A stretch of 64,000 nucleotides of DNA. It comes from Raillietiella orientalis. Its lineage: Eukaryota. Shown in pieces: positions 11,375 through 26,519 of this stretch. The number at the start of each line of letters is the position of its first letter. The first letter of the stretch is position 1. The DNA is taken from positions 4,154,001 through 4,218,000 of the forward strand of contig JAYWIR010000006.1 in NCBI GenBank assembly GCA_036172245.1. The letters run 5' to 3'. The position numbers were made by a program, and so were the translations under genes. The notes under the pieces are model-generated. The model made no database searches, had not been told where the DNA came from, and worked only from the letters and a program-made list of their open reading frames with translations.

Positions 11375-14300
11375 TTATTTATGTTTGAAAAAATTTTTCT
11401 TCAAGGAGCTTGTTTTTATTTGATCTTCCTGAAAAGGGACATCACAAAAACAAAAAAGAAAATAGGAAAGAACCTAGCTCGTTATAAATACTTACAGGAA
11501 CAAACTTATTCCCTAATAACATTTTCACTTTGTCTATTTCTTGTGTAATTTGCTGCGATTTATTATGGCTGTTTTTGGAAGATCGGATCTGAAGTTTCTG
11601 TTTAAGAACTTGAGCCAAAAGGACACTTTTGCTTTCACTTCTGATGGCCAATAACAAATCTAACCATGTCCAAGTAACATTATGATACTCCAAGGTAGGT
11701 ACAATAATACTGAAATCATGTACGTCTTCTATGTTTTTTTCTTTTAAACCCTTGTAACTGACACGTACAGGCACCTCGGGAATTTTTATGTAAATGAAAA
11801 GCTTATTCTGCTGAGCTCTTTCCTAAATGGCACAATGGAATGGATTACAACACAGGAAAGCATACCTTCATTCTTTTAACATCATCAATGTCAACATAAA
11901 AATTGGAATCCCTGCATTTGGGAACCTTAGATAAAATTCTTTTCTTTTTGTTTGTCCCTTCATCAACAGTGTCTTCTTCTGCTTCCGATTCTCGTCCAGG
12001 GAAGCAGAATTTAAGCATGGCTTTATAAAATGCATATGTCATGCCTATGGTGATCGGAGCAACATTAATCTCAAAATGTTCCCTGATCGAAATCCCCCCA
12101 ACGGGAGATTTTTCTTTGCTGTATATCCTTAAAGTTCTCTACAATGGATCAAGCCAAGAAAAATGCAACTTAAAAGGCATGTAGATCTTACTTTCCTCTC
12201 AAATGGCATGTTTGGATTCAATTCTGTCGGAAACAACACCTGTGTATAAATCTGATTTGGTAATAGATTCTTAACTTCAATGAACCCAACCTCTGTTGAT
12301 TGTTCCACAGAGTCATCATTGCGAGTTACTTTTCGATACCTGAAAACGCGATGCAGCATGTTAGCAAAACACGCCTGCTCTGTGGACCACTTACAAAAAA
12401 TGCTTTAATGCGAGGTCCGCAATGCCAATTTGGCCATCCATCTCAGTGAGTCGCCAATGAGCATGCCGAAAACATACTTCACTTAATCTTCTGATGCCAG
12501 ATGGTACATCCTTTTTTTCTGAAGCAGGCTTTTGATTTGCAGATAGCTGAGACTCCTTATATATGGACACCATCATATTAAGCTCTTCACTTAATGTGTA
12601 AAGCAGATCTTTGCATTTGTCCACCTAGATCCCAGTACTTATTACCACATATACATCAATTACACACCTTCATGTTTAATTTTTCTTTCTCGCTCAGCCT
12701 GCTATCGTGATTCCCATTGACACTACTTTTATGTATGTGATAAACATCTTTTTCAAGGTCTCGTAGCTGGGATAATAATCCCCTAGAGGAATGGCAAACT
12801 AGAAGAATGGCAAACCTTCACAGCACAATATACGTACCTAACTTTCTTCTGCAGATGTAGAATTGTGTTTTTCTGATCTTCCATACGTGACAGCTGCATT
12901 TTGAAGCGCAACTCTAATAATCTTTCTAAAGCTTCCTTTCGACGTGGCTCAACATACAACAGCAAGTTGTTCAGAATATCCACAATCATGGAATACTACA
13001 TGCTCACGATAAGTACAAGCATGCTGGAAGAATCTTTAAATTTACTTGTAAGGAGTTCGTGCAAAGTTTCAAATCTCCATGAGTCAGTGTGAAAGAATCA
13101 AAAGGCTCTGTGTTTTCCTTCCACAAGTCCACATCCTCTGCAGGTGGTGTCTGGACCTCATTTAGCACGTCAATATCCGAATTCAAATCCCCATAGGATG
13201 CATAAAATACATCACATTTGCATTTTGATACGATTCGCTGCAACTTTAGAAAAATACGCATTCTTTGTTTTCTTATATGATATGAGCTTGAATACCTGTT
13301 TGCAGTTGCAACCATGGGCACCAGTGGCTTCACCAACAACGCCTCCAACAGACTGACTAGAGCTTATCATATCTAAAAGTTCAATCATTTCTTCAGCTGC
13401 GGCCGAATTGTCATGTTCTTCAATGTTGTCAACCGTTAACCACATGATGTGATCTATTGAAAGGTTTTCCAGGTTACACACACACACACAGGAAAAAAAA
13501 AAAAAAAAAAAAAAAAGGGTGTGAAACGAACATACCTGAACACAAATCATCCTTTCCAACAGTAGCGTAATACTGCATTCCAGATAACATGCCTACCCAC
13601 GATGTTTTTGTCACTAAGGTGTGCTCCTTCCAAATAGGGCGATGACTTCGCTGTTGTAGCACAGCATTTGCAGCACTCATTATAACATAGCCATTGGATT
13701 CACAGCCTTTCAGCAAAACTTGACTATTCACCAATTCAACTAAACAGGGAAAGTGAGAGAACCACCATGCATGTAAACTCACTTTTCCAATTTATGTGTC
13801 TCACATCATCCTTCTTGCAAGCCATGATTCCTTCAAGAATTTGTTCACGGATTTCCACATCTTGATCTTCCTCATTGTATGCTATGCTGAGATTATCTGC
13901 CTCTGCAATCAGCTTTCGTAGTAAGGAAGCTGCAGGACTAAGAAATGGACGTGGAGTGCTTTGCACAGTCTGTGAGCCATTTGGAGGTACAGTTAGGGAC
14001 ACCGAATCAGTATTCTGAGTCGGAACAATCGGAAAAGTTTTGCATTTACTCAACTGGATGTGCTTCAACACTTCAGATGATAAATTTTTCTTCAAAATCT
14101 AAACGATGATGGCAGTCAATAAATTCACTGATCGAAAATCGCCTACATACTCGACTTTTCATCCAGCCATCATACACGGACAACACAACATCTCGATTAT
14201 ACACAGTCCAGGATCCTTTCAAATCATGGATAACCAGACAGTGTGTGGGTAAAGGGGATTCTTGCAAGTGGGGATTTCTGCTGTAAGATAAATTTTCCAG

Positions 14301-17300
14301 ACTCAGAAAATACAGCTTGCTCCAGGGTGGCATCTACCAATAGGAAAAATGCTGCCGATGTTAGCAGGGAATAAAAATACCTCTTTCTTTTCATCCTCAC
14401 GCACTCGATTTCGAAGCCATACTTTACCATTATTCAACTCGCATGTCATATATCCAATGGACCAAACTGCCAGTGGGCGATGAATTCTACCATCGAGCAC
14501 AGGCATGAGATGAAGGATGTGTTCTGGACAGGAATGCTTTGTTAAGCAAAAGCGCGTTTTACACGCAAACGAGCATTTGTGAATCACGGCATAAACCCAA
14601 TTTCCGATTTCGCCACAAATAGGCAACAAAATTTTACTACTAATGACTCCAGAAAAATCAGAAATGGGAAGAACAATTACAGTCCAATACATGAAATCTT
14701 TCACCTTCCCCCATTAATTTCCAAGTCCACATGGAAATGAGGCTCACTCACCACTTGCTAACGTAAATTTTTTGCCACTAAGGTAAAATCCTTTTTGCAT
14801 GGCCACAGACATCCAGTAAGTAACCTGGAACTCATTCAAGCTTAAGGAAACGTCGATCTTTTTATAATGACGACTCATGGGCTTCTTGGATGGTCGAATA
14901 TTGTTAAAAATTAATCCTCGCTTGATTGGACGGGTAACTCCAGAGAGAATGAGTTTTAGATTACTGAACCATCTGCGAAATAGGTACACGGGGTTGGGAG
15001 ATCTCAAAGGAAACTAACAAACCGGAGAGTGCTGCCATAGAATAATAAAGTTAGTACATTGGGAACTTTTTGGAAACGGCTCTCAAGAGAAACACTCAGG
15101 TTGACATTCTGTGAGCGGAATGCACGGAAAGAGTCGTGTTTCTACATGACAAAAATTTTGAGGTCCATTGAGAATTCATTGTCGGAACTTACCTGATTAA
15201 TGGAATATTCAGGAAGTTTGTCTGGAGCACAAGGCATAACTGAGTGATGATCATTGGGATCACCTATACATATCCATTCTAACTTCACCAGTAATCTAAT
15301 GGATGGCATGTGCAGCAGCTTACAATCATCATACTTGGAAGCTGTGTGCACACTCACATCAAGGTCTCCCTTCCATAGCAAACGAGCTAATTAATAGGAC
15401 TGAGTAATGCGAAACACCAATTTGTAAAACATTTTCAGTACCATTGGTCCAGTCCAGTACGAGATTTGTCCACTTGATTGCCATTTCTTCTGTTGTATTG
15501 TAAGGATCCAGAGATGCGTGCAACAATAACAGCATTTCATTTATTGACCACGTTAAGTGACCATGAAGTAGTAATCTTATGCAGTCCCAAAACGGTAAAG
15601 GCGCGCTGGGATCTTTGGAAAGGGGGATGATTTTTTCCAATGCTGCAAAATCTATGAAAATACAGCACCATACAAAGAACTTCACTGACCGAGATTTAAT
15701 TGCGCCAAAGTAGGTTCCCAACATGGCCCAAAAGCAACTGATACATGATCCGCATCACAACTGAGATCATAGTAGCACTTCACCGGAGTCATGCTTCTAT
15801 CAACAGTGCAGTTGGTCCACGGAAATTTTATTTGGATCAGAGAAGATCGTATTGCTGAAATTTCAAACGTATTGTCCATGGTGGCAGTAAACATTACCTC
15901 TCCTGCTTGGCACCGACTGAGCCAAAACCAGATTTCCATAAATGCACAGCTTATTGTGCAAAAGCAGAGGCTGGGGGAAGTCGCGTAGCTGGAATTCCCA
16001 TTGGTTACAAGTAGCTCTCACCATTCGACACCATATGAATTCTAATTCGAATCCTTCGTTAGGCACAGGGCTAAATATCGAGGATGCATTACTGTTAATA
16101 TAAAGCTGGGTTTAGCAGCACGAGTTTGCGATTCGCATTGAATGAGCTCGTTACTTATTTAATGAACTTATTACTAAATGCATGCTTATGCACCTGTCTT
16201 TGTCGATTTTCTTGATCTGCTCGACTGCATTTTCTTGGCTGTTCAAAGTGGTATCACAGAGCAAAACAACTGTTGTCTTTGTCAGATGCCATGTGAAAAG
16301 GCTAGCGCGCATAGGAGAATTTTCATACATCTGTCGAAAGAGAAAACATTAATGTAACTGCCTAGGGTTCTAAATGAGAGGAAGGATTGAAAGAAGATAA
16401 GTGCTTGTGTAATTTACATTAACTCTTTATCTACTAGGATTAATAACTAAGATTCCATGATGATTGACAGCAAAACTAACCTGAAAAATTGCGTGAATCT
16501 CATACAATTACAAACTTTTGATAAATTTCTAGACAGCATGATCTCCAGGAGAAACATGAATGGTCTCTTATAGTTTCCGTAGGTCCTTTGTTCTTTGGTT
16601 AAGCATCGGATTATTCGACCCTTGCACTCACTACATTCACTTCTCATGACAGATCTTCATTTCGATTTCTATAGTGACATCTTCCCAATTCAAACCACCC
16701 ATATGTGACAGAAACAGAATTCAGATCTACCAACAGACACTCAACTACCAAGCACACTCTGCACCTTGATATTCTGTGAGGAATATAAACTTTACCTAGA
16801 CTGATGCTTTCAATAAGGGAAAAAAAAAAAAAAACAGTTTGTTTACTAAAAGTGGGAAACCTTGAAACCAGGTGTCATCTAGAATTGTGTCGGACGAAAA
16901 ATGAATTTCATTTCCAAAAATGCCACAAATATCGTAACACTCAGGTTTTACATCGGTGTGAGGCATTGTCCTCAGTATTTGAAACATTGCTTTCAACTCT
17001 ATAAGCAAATTTCGATTCCATACAGTCCAGTGTTGACTGCTGCTGCCAAATTCTAGATAAGATACGTTCGAATATTCACTTCATGTGCAATGAGAGAATA
17101 GTCAGTGGCAATTTGCAAGAACTGTATGGTTTTATGTTCTATCATCTAAAGAAACGGCTATGGAGCTTGAGTTTAAATTAGATCAAGATGGACTAAAAGT
17201 GACTAACAAACAAACACTTCATCAAAGTGGATGCATCTGGTGTGAGTAGGTCCAACTCTTCACAGACTACTTTAAAATGTGTAACAGAAAGATATATGAA

Positions 17301-20300
17301 AAGCATTTGAACAAATTTTTCGAAAAGACAACAAAGCATGCAATCAAGAACTTCTGATCTTCTGTTTGATCACTTCTGCTCACCCTTATGGACTGTTACT
17401 TTATTTTTATTACCAAGTGATATGCTTTCTGTATTAAAAGTAGGAAATTATCATTCCAACAAAGAGCTACCCATTAACAAAACCAGGATAGAACAAAGCA
17501 TGAAGCAATGCAAACCTTTTTGGATCTTTCAATATAAATATCTGCATTCTTCTTTAGTAGGGCGTTGTGAAGATGATCAGTTTTACTGGAGTGCCACAAA
17601 GGATGATTCTTTTTTAATTCCAATATCTACAAAAAATGATTTTTTTAAAAGATAATGTTGCTAACATCCAGAGGCAACGCCACACAGGAATATCATTCTT
17701 TCAATGGAGTTGCATAGACATAACATAGCAAAAAAACAGAGAACAAAATTCTAATTATAAAACAAATTTGATAATTCAAGTTGGTTTAGTACTGTAAACC
17801 TCCAAGCAATTTTTCCTAATGTCTGACAATTTAAAGGAATCAGGACTAAAGTATCTCAAGTACCCTTTGCATTCGACTTTTGCGAACCGTATCAAAATAT
17901 TCAAAATGTTAACTGCTGCTCTGCAAAAAACTCGAGATTTCTTTGAAGAGAGGCATTACATGAACTTTTTTGAAAATTTGTGCTCGATATCTCGTTGAGA
18001 ACACATGAGCAGTTATCAAGCCACAACCCAAATCCACAGGAAATTTCAGCATGAATGATAAAAACTTATCAAGTAGATGAACAATGTTATCACCATTGCT
18101 CTGATAATATACTCGCCCTGCCTTAGACACAAAGGAATACTTTTGACTTGTACATAATGCTTTTAAGCATCTATAATGGAACTTTTAAAATCAATACAAA
18201 GCAGAACAATTTAAAAAAGAGATACCAAAATCCCTTATAGAACAGATAATAGATTATATCAGTCCACAGTAATCTAATTAATGCAATGGAAAGCAATTTG
18301 TTGTGATGCACCAAATTGCTTTCCATTGCATTAATTAGATTACTGTGGACTGATATAATCTATTATCTGTTCTATAAGGGATAGCATATGCATAACAGCA
18401 ATTTGATGCATAATAGCATAGTTACAGGCATCTTCAAATTTCTATGATCAAAAAACAGTTATTAGTAGTATCAACAGACTGCGCACGATCCCCTCTAGGA
18501 GAAAATCCTATCAACATATGTGGCTTTTTCATATGACAAAAGGATGGGGAAAAACTATATTCAAATGCACAAATTTTCGAGAAAAAAAAAAGGTAAACCT
18601 AAAAAGTATTTAATCTGTACTTAGAACACAATTAACCTCAAAAATTAACTTCTTAGAACAGAAAACTGAACAGACACAAGAACAAGTGCTTTGCTTTACA
18701 TGTTTTTTTCATGACAGTACAAGAGCAAGTTTCACCAAAGTTCACAACTTGCCTTGAGAAATCACGAGAACTAGAGACCAATACACAAGTGCCACTAATA
18801 AAGTACCTGTTGTATATTTAAAAAAAATCATTTATGTTACCTTGTTATCCAAAACTTGTTTTCTTTCCAGACTTTCATTGTATTCATCCAGAAGTAACTC
18901 ATAATTGTCACGCAGCTTGACTTCAAAGGGATCATCACAAATCTCTATCCAGAATTCAACCATCTAAAAAGCAACAGAGAATCCGATTGAACATTTTTGG
19001 CAATGATTTTACCATCAGAAGGGGAAAATACTGTGCAAAACATAAGTTACAGACATTCATGGAACACATCACAATTTAATTTTTAAAACTGATGACTTTG
19101 AAATGGAAATTATCGACTTTCCGACAATAGAAAAACTCATGTTATCAAATGAATCTTGTTTAAAATTACGTACATTGACATAAATATCAGGTGGTACAGT
19201 CTCAATACGCTCCAGTCTTGAGGGGAACTTTTCTCTGTGCGTCTGTTTTAGCCACTTGATTACTGCCAAAAAGTCTTCTGAGAATGCATTGGCAAAATCA
19301 TAGTTATAAGGAAAAGTCGATTTTACATATTCGATGGCAATATTCCTGTAGGAGCAAAAAACATTCCCATGTAATTCACTTGTGACATGGCTTTTAATAT
19401 AATGAATAAGGAACAGCAATAGACCTTGAAAGCAATAAAGCTTTTGCAAGGTATCAAATCTGATTTTCAAACATTCTAACTGTTTTGAATTCTAACAAAT
19501 TTCAGGGTAATCAATATAACCAACCGTCTTGATATCCATATACTATATCTCTACTGATCTTCTCCTATTTTGAATGCAATACCCAGGTGTGACACAAAAT
19601 TATTAATTTCCTTCTGCTAAATTACATGTTTCTACTGCTGTCAATAGGTAACTTCATGGAGATAAAAGAACCCTCGCTTATTGAAGAATTCATAAAAATT
19701 GTAAACACCAAACAAATAAAACGATAAAATAACTTCTTGGAATTAGTTTTGGTTTTCTTTAATTTCAAAACAGTTGCAACTCAAAACTGTTATTAATGTG
19801 ATGAATTCATGACATGCTTTAGCATGAAAACATGAAATTGTTTTTATATAGTGAATATAAGGATTTTTTAAAATAATAATGACAAGCACAAATTCCAAGC
19901 AAAACAGCAAGTACCTTCAATATCGAACATGAAGGTGTAGATCATAACTGTACTCTTAAAGTCCAATACAAAATTCTCGCAGTTCAATTAAAATTTCTGC
20001 ATAGGCATTTGATGCACGTATTTAATATTCTTCAAGAATGGTTATTAATATGTCCCCAACCCATCCTCAAAATAGCTATGATACCAGAAAAACTGTGAAC
20101 TTCTAAGTAAACGCAGTTTCTTTCCTTTACTTTGCAAGCTATAAATTTGGAGCACATCATATATACTGACACATCACAACAGAACACGCAACTTCTATTT
20201 TGAAAAGGGAAATGCTCAAATGATGTTTTTGTCCACTGGGTGAAAGTTTTGAAGATGCGAAGTAGTTTAAGTATAAAAGATGAACACAGGTACCTGTAGT

Positions 20301-23300
20301 ACAATTACACACAGTTGTAGCCTGCCATATAATATGTAGTATACAGTCTACCAAATACTACACACCTGACTAAAACAAAAATATTTCAACCAGTAGAGAA
20401 GCACAATGAATAAATGCACAAGTATGATTTTAATACATTATTGCAATAGCACACTGCTGCAATATTCAAGCAAATCTCAGCAAATGCATTCAACTGCTAC
20501 TGCCTCAAGGTTTTCAATATGTTGACATATCAAACAGATTAAATTGAAATTATTCAAAATATGCATTAAACTTCCTATAAGGAATGTTTCAATTAGCAAT
20601 AGTAAAAACAGAAACATCGCAAAACTTTTTCTATGCAATCACGTAGATGCTTTTATCTCAACAATCCACTCAGTGTTATCTGGGTGGATTTAGTGTTATC
20701 TAGATAATTTTGGGAATTCAAAGGTAATAAAAGAATGAAAGCTAAAAAGGCATAGAAATCATTAATCATTTCAACAGAATTAACGGAGATGGGGGGGGGG
20801 GAAGTGCTTACCATAATTTGTTCTGCTTGAGCAGTAACTCTTCAAAAGCCTCTCTTTCATTTTGAGAAATATCACTGGAACTTAGATACTGAAGGTGCAA
20901 CTCTTGTGCCAAAAGAATTACATGATCATCAAAATAAATTTCTAGCTTTTCAGAAGATGTGGTGATTTCTGGCAGATGACTCTCCAGTTTTGGATTCTCT
21001 ACAGAAAACCTGAATTATTGGGGCCTATATGTGAACAGCTTAGCTTACTCAAAGAGATTTTCACAATGTGCGCAGATAATTCTGCTTCCAAACAGAATGC
21101 ATTTTCAAAATCCACGGTAAAATCACGCTTTGCAGTTGTTACAGATGTTTGATTTTCAAAGTTTGAAATATCTGTGTTGACAAAGATGTACAAGAAATTC
21201 TAATAATATATATGTATATACCTCTTACACTTGAAAAAAATTTATGAATGCTTAAAAATACTTCAATGTATTCCAAGTGTAAAGCACAATTCCAGTGAAC
21301 AATCACTTCCTTCATAAATTGTAATCTGTATCTGTTTTGGTCAACTTGACAATGCAGTTCATCCACAATTAGTACAGATTCCTTTTAATTTTACATTCGT
21401 TTTCAATTTCAGTAGCACAAACAAAATGAGATTACCTCTACGCAACTGAAATGTGTAGGCCAATAATGTGAATGGGGTGCAATTTCCTTGAATGCAAGAT
21501 AGCAGGCATGGAATGCTAGGAAGTATTCGTTTATTTTTTTGGTCAGCTGAAAGTAATCCAATCTGAGATGCAAGCAGACTATCAAGGCATTAAGTCTTTC
21601 TACTCAAAATAGAATTTACCATAATTGTTGGTCACAAGAACAATATCTAAATTATGGACACTGATTTTAACATGACATTGCGAAAGTGCTTGTGAGCTTT
21701 CCTTTTGAGAATTTTCTGTGTGTGTTCCCAGCTTCTTAAAATTATTCTTACAGCTAAAAGTGATTACAATCATTATCGAATCACATAAAATTCATACCAA
21801 CAATGATATAATGCTTTTATCTGACTTCACCAAAATTTCACTTACTCTTACGTTTATTCATTCTGTAACTACATTCAATTCATTCTAATTGATAGTAGAT
21901 CCAGTGACCATATACAAGATTAAAATTTTATGACATATAGCTCAAAGGGATAGTTAATGATTCTCTCAGAAGACGCATATCAGAATCCTGATCTAAAAAT
22001 CGATTCTTACTTTGAGGATTTTAATTTCGGAAACATTTATTATTAAACCCAATTAACTACAGCATGTTGTGGAAAAAAATCCCTAAAGCACGAATAAATA
22101 AATGAGCAATACTATCTAAAAGCATTCAAAATTCAAATGACAAATATTTGTTTTGAATAACAAGTACTTTCCATGATAAATCTTGAGTTTTCAGAAAATG
22201 ACTGTGACGAAATAATTTGAGAATATTTTCACTGAGATTACTAGATATATCATTTACGTATACTTGCAATTCCTTGGAGGAAAAATGAAAATATTTGGAC
22301 TTGAATGCTAATAAAACAATGTTGAACTTTGATATGGCACTTAAAAACATTGTACTTTTTAGTGCTGAGTGTAGACCATCTTGTTACACTATTATGAAAT
22401 GAAACATAATGCAACAAATCTGAATTTATTGTGCAATATATTAGGACCATAGAAACTAAACCCTATTTCAGGGAAATTATTCTCAAATGAGAATAATTTC
22501 CCTGAAATAGGGTTTAGTTTTCTCACTGTCACAAACCCATCCTCTGCTTTCCATACAGATTATTTCCATGATACAAAGCTGATGCAAAACCACAAGTGCA
22601 CGTTGATCAGAACTGTGATACAATAAATTATTTTTCAACTTATTTTTTCGAGAAGTTGTGCACATGTATAAGTAAATGAAGTACTCTCTCCATTTGTTTC
22701 AAAGAAAGAAATCATTGAATATAATAAATGCAATCATCACCCCAATAATACTGTGTTACTATCAATGTCAATTCTCTATATTGCAAAGAGGGTTACCCAA
22801 ATCTTTTTGTAAAATAAACAGAAACAACACTTTTACAACCTTATCTAGAATTTTAGAATGATCAAATGTTTTTTCAGAAATATAATTTAGTACTTTATTA
22901 TCAGTTGTGCATCTTACCTAATAAAAAACAATAGTAAAGCAAGTAACGGTTCATTCCATTCCAAGTGAAAGTCTTGCACATCTATTTGTAGATGCTGCAA
23001 ACAATCCTCCTCATACTGCATACTCAGTGATAGTTTTTTAAACAACCACACTGTCTCAGAAACATGAGCTTCAGGTTGCTTAAAACCATGATTGTAGCAG
23101 CACAAATTACTGAGTTGGAAAATATACTTGTAAGCATAGCCTAGAAATTCCACAATGAAGTGATTTCCCACTGAATATCACATTAATGATGACCTGTTGC
23201 ATCCCATGAGAAATCCTGTATCAGAAGAGACTCATTCATTGATACGACTGGAGTATATTGATTTGACATTTTTAAAGTGACTGATGAGTCTTTAATATTG

Positions 23301-26300
23301 ACCAGAACATTCCAAATATAATTGGCCAGCATCTGTAAACAATTATAAACATCTGCTTTGCAATCATGGTAAAATACCTGTAACCCATACGAATATTTCC
23401 CTTTTCGAACATTATCAGAGTTTCTGTTTCTCCTGGATATCCATGCACTAATCTCATCCTCAGAAAGCTGCATATGCAAGGAAACAATTCTGAGATCCCC
23501 TCTCACAAGAAGCTTTACAAGCTAGATCTCCTTTTACAATGTATGTGAGAATTAGGACAGCTTACTGCAATGTTGCATTCTAGCATCTGCAATCGAAGAA
23601 AATGCTTTTCTGAATTGATAAATAATTCTTTAATTGAAAGTAGAAATGTAGCTTCTTCATCATAAATGAGGTCCCTTTCAGCTTCTAAAGATACTTTTTC
23701 TATCACTAGCCAGCATATGATTAAAATGCAGTAATTGTAATCATGTTTGTTCTTACCCTGTACAATACCACATTTGTTTCCTAACAATGGCGAGCAGCAA
23801 TGTAGTGGAATGCAAATATAAAAACCGCTGAGAGTAATAACATCGAATTGTTGGGATCCATAGATTACACTCATGTTAACATTCTGAATCTGCACCACAA
23901 GTAGCTGAAACAACAAAAAAATTGATAAACAAGCTTCCTGATGCTTTTGTAAACGAATCTGTTATAAACTCACATCAAAAAATGCAGTTATATAATCCAT
24001 TTTGTAAGGTGAGCCATGATTTGATGCATCTTTAGTTTTCAGAATATCACTGTGACGAAATAATTTGAGAATATTTTCATTGAGATTACCAGATATATCG
24101 TTTACGTATATTTGCAATTCCTTAAGGGGAAAAATAAAATATATAGCCACTGAATGTGCAGACTTCAAATTAAGCTTGTGCTACTTACAAACTGTATCAA
24201 ATCATTTAAAAAAAAACAAAAAAATATTCTCATTACAAGACAATTTTTTTTGCTGTATATATTTAATAAGAAAACGAAAAAAAAAAGGTAAACTGAATGC
24301 CCATTAGAAGCAGTTAGAAAAGAAAAAAGCTGACATTTACAAGAATTATGTTATTCCAGAATAAACCTACCAGTTGCCATTACTGGGAAAAAGTGACACA
24401 AAAATCGACAATCGACAAACTATGGTGAAATTGAAGAAACTACATTTAAAGCTCTTACTAATAGATAAAACGTGAATAATGGAACTTAAACTGCAAAGAC
24501 ATATCAAGAAAATTCAGATTAAACATATGTACAATTCTATCCTTACAAGAACTTCAAATTGCACCTTGAATATAAATTCTCGATCCACCATACATTGTAA
24601 TAAATACCAATCAGATATAAGATACAACCAAAAACAACAAGGGGAGCACTTGGTTATGCTATCAATCGCTTCACTTGGTCAACCAATCCAAAGACTGGTT
24701 CACCGAGAATGCTTATCTTCACTCATCATTTGAGTTTCAGGATGTAAAACTCTATAATGCATAATCCCAATTCAAAAATAGCACTATTACAATTTGGACT
24801 TAATAGTCTTAGTCTCTCATAATATAAAGTACTGATTTATTAGATAGATATTAAGCAGATGGAAGAATTCGACATCTATATGCATCTGTAAAGTCTGGAT
24901 TGAAATTTTATTTTTCAAGATACCTAGTTCCCCTAAATTAAAGAGAGGAAAACAGTTCAAAAAAACTACCTTCACATTGCAATTGATGAATTTAGAAGCA
25001 ATTCAAGCAAGGCTAATATTGAATCAAAAGGGTTTGGATGAATGATAAATATACACATGCATAAACCTTACCGCTCCATGTGTTGAATTCTTTACTCTGA
25101 ATGTGTACTGCATATAAATATCAACTCTCACATCACACAAAGATGGATGCTGACAAGGTTTTCTATCCACTGTATGCTGTAGTATTTTGACATTAATATC
25201 AATAATATTAAATGCCAGTGCTAAGTTAGTCCTTAATGTTGTTGATGTTTCAATCTGAATTCGCTTAACTGTAGAATGAAACAGACATTCCAGTGATGAA
25301 ATGCTATCCAAAATTATAATATCCACATCAGAGACATATAAGCCAAAAAACTAAAATAGGCAAACATTCTTAATTATATATTTATTTGAATTTATGATTT
25401 GTTTTTCCATTTCAACTTATAAAATCAAATAGTTATTAAGCAACAAAAGTTGCAAAATATCTTCTAGGTTATTGCAAACAAACTGCAAAGTTCAAAAGAA
25501 AACAAGGAGTCACAAGATATGAAATGCTGAGGATTTATAAGAACTTATAGGCTTAACTATTCGCTTTTTGTGATGTAAAGATTATCTCGAGTATAAGAAT
25601 GGGAATTTTACTTGGGCTACTGCAGATATAAAGGGTGACAACCGTTTCTTTTCTGTCAAGGTTTGAGATTTCCTTTTCCGTGCTTTATTCCGCTCATAAC
25701 AGGAATGATGTGAAATAGGAATGCTTCGCTCATTTTCAATTCGGATATTCGAGCAATGAATGCATACCAATTTGTTCACATCACTAGAAAACAGCTTGCT
25801 TGTGAGGCTGATTAATTCAATATGCTGAAATACTGGCTTAGCAAAATCGATCACGGTTTAAGGAAAAGATCACTCACTAGTTTGAAACCAAATCCCACAA
25901 TTTGAACTCTCCTTAAGCAAAATGGAAAGAAGATAAGTTCGCCAATAATCAAGGACACACATAAATATTTGGTAAGCCACCATGATAATATTTTTGGTAC
26001 ATATCTGAAAATTCAAGAGATAATTTCTACAAATGAATTGAAGCTTCTACAAAAAATGGCACAGTCAATAACACTCCTTAATGCTTAAAGCATATCATTC
26101 ATGCTTATACAAAACATGTGATAAATACAAATGCAGGCTCTAATCTGCGCTCAAAATACACTTCACATAAATTTCCCATTTGTACAGCCCAGCATAACCC
26201 ATCCAAGTAAAGATGGTATGAACTCCCTTTCCACTTTCTCTGAGCAATTTTTTTTTTTTTTTTTTTTTAAAAAGGGCAAATTCTTAAAAAAATACAGTGA

Positions 26301-26519
26301 AAACGTCGAAAAATATGCATACACTCAAAAGTCACCTAACAAAGCCCTTTTACTGCATTGGAAATGCATAAGCATGCTGAAAAGTAATAAATGACCCAAC
26401 CTAGTAATCAGAAACACAAATCTCTCCTCAGATTCGAGAAAAAAGAAGGTAGAAACAGTTGTAGAACTTTACCTCTTCCATAAGATGCACAACAATGCAA
26501 CCAAAGCAACCCAAATCAT
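11375..26519 (-). CDS. BLTP2: Bridge-like lipid transfer protein 2 (KIAA0100/hobbit/FMP27 family), many exons
   Basis: ATG 26519 begins a hydrophobic anchor (MIWVALVALLCILW). Recognised exons include FPYNYDFANAF, DDPFEVKLRDNYELLLDEYNES, KKNADIYIERSK, WEFQLRDFPQPLL, SKDPSAPLPFWD, ASLDPYNTTEEM, DHHSVMPCAPDKLPEYS, ILDILNNLLLYVEP-like IVDILNNLLLYVEP, PVGGISIREHFEINVAP and PTLEYHNVTWTWLDLLLA. The last exon EDQIKTSSLKKNFFKHK* ends at 11375. Not every internal boundary was resolved. Confidence 0.93.
18230..18382. repeat. Perfect inverted repeat, 71-bp arms, 11-nt spacer, in a BLTP2 intron
   Basis: 18230-18300 is the exact reverse complement of 18312-18382. Spacer is TTGTGATGCAC. Confidence 0.95.
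22186..22275 (-). pseudogene. Duplicated (pseudo-)exon of BLTP2, copy of 24034-24123
   Basis: 84/90 nt identical by manual alignment (ELQVYVNDISSNLSENILKLFRHSHFLKT vs ELQIYVNDISGNLNENILKLFRHSDILKT). Splice phase is incompatible with its host intron. Confidence 0.85.
22453..22520. repeat. Near-perfect palindrome, 33-bp arms, 2-nt spacer, in a BLTP2 intron
   Basis: 22453-22485 is the exact reverse complement of 22488-22520. Confidence 0.95.
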
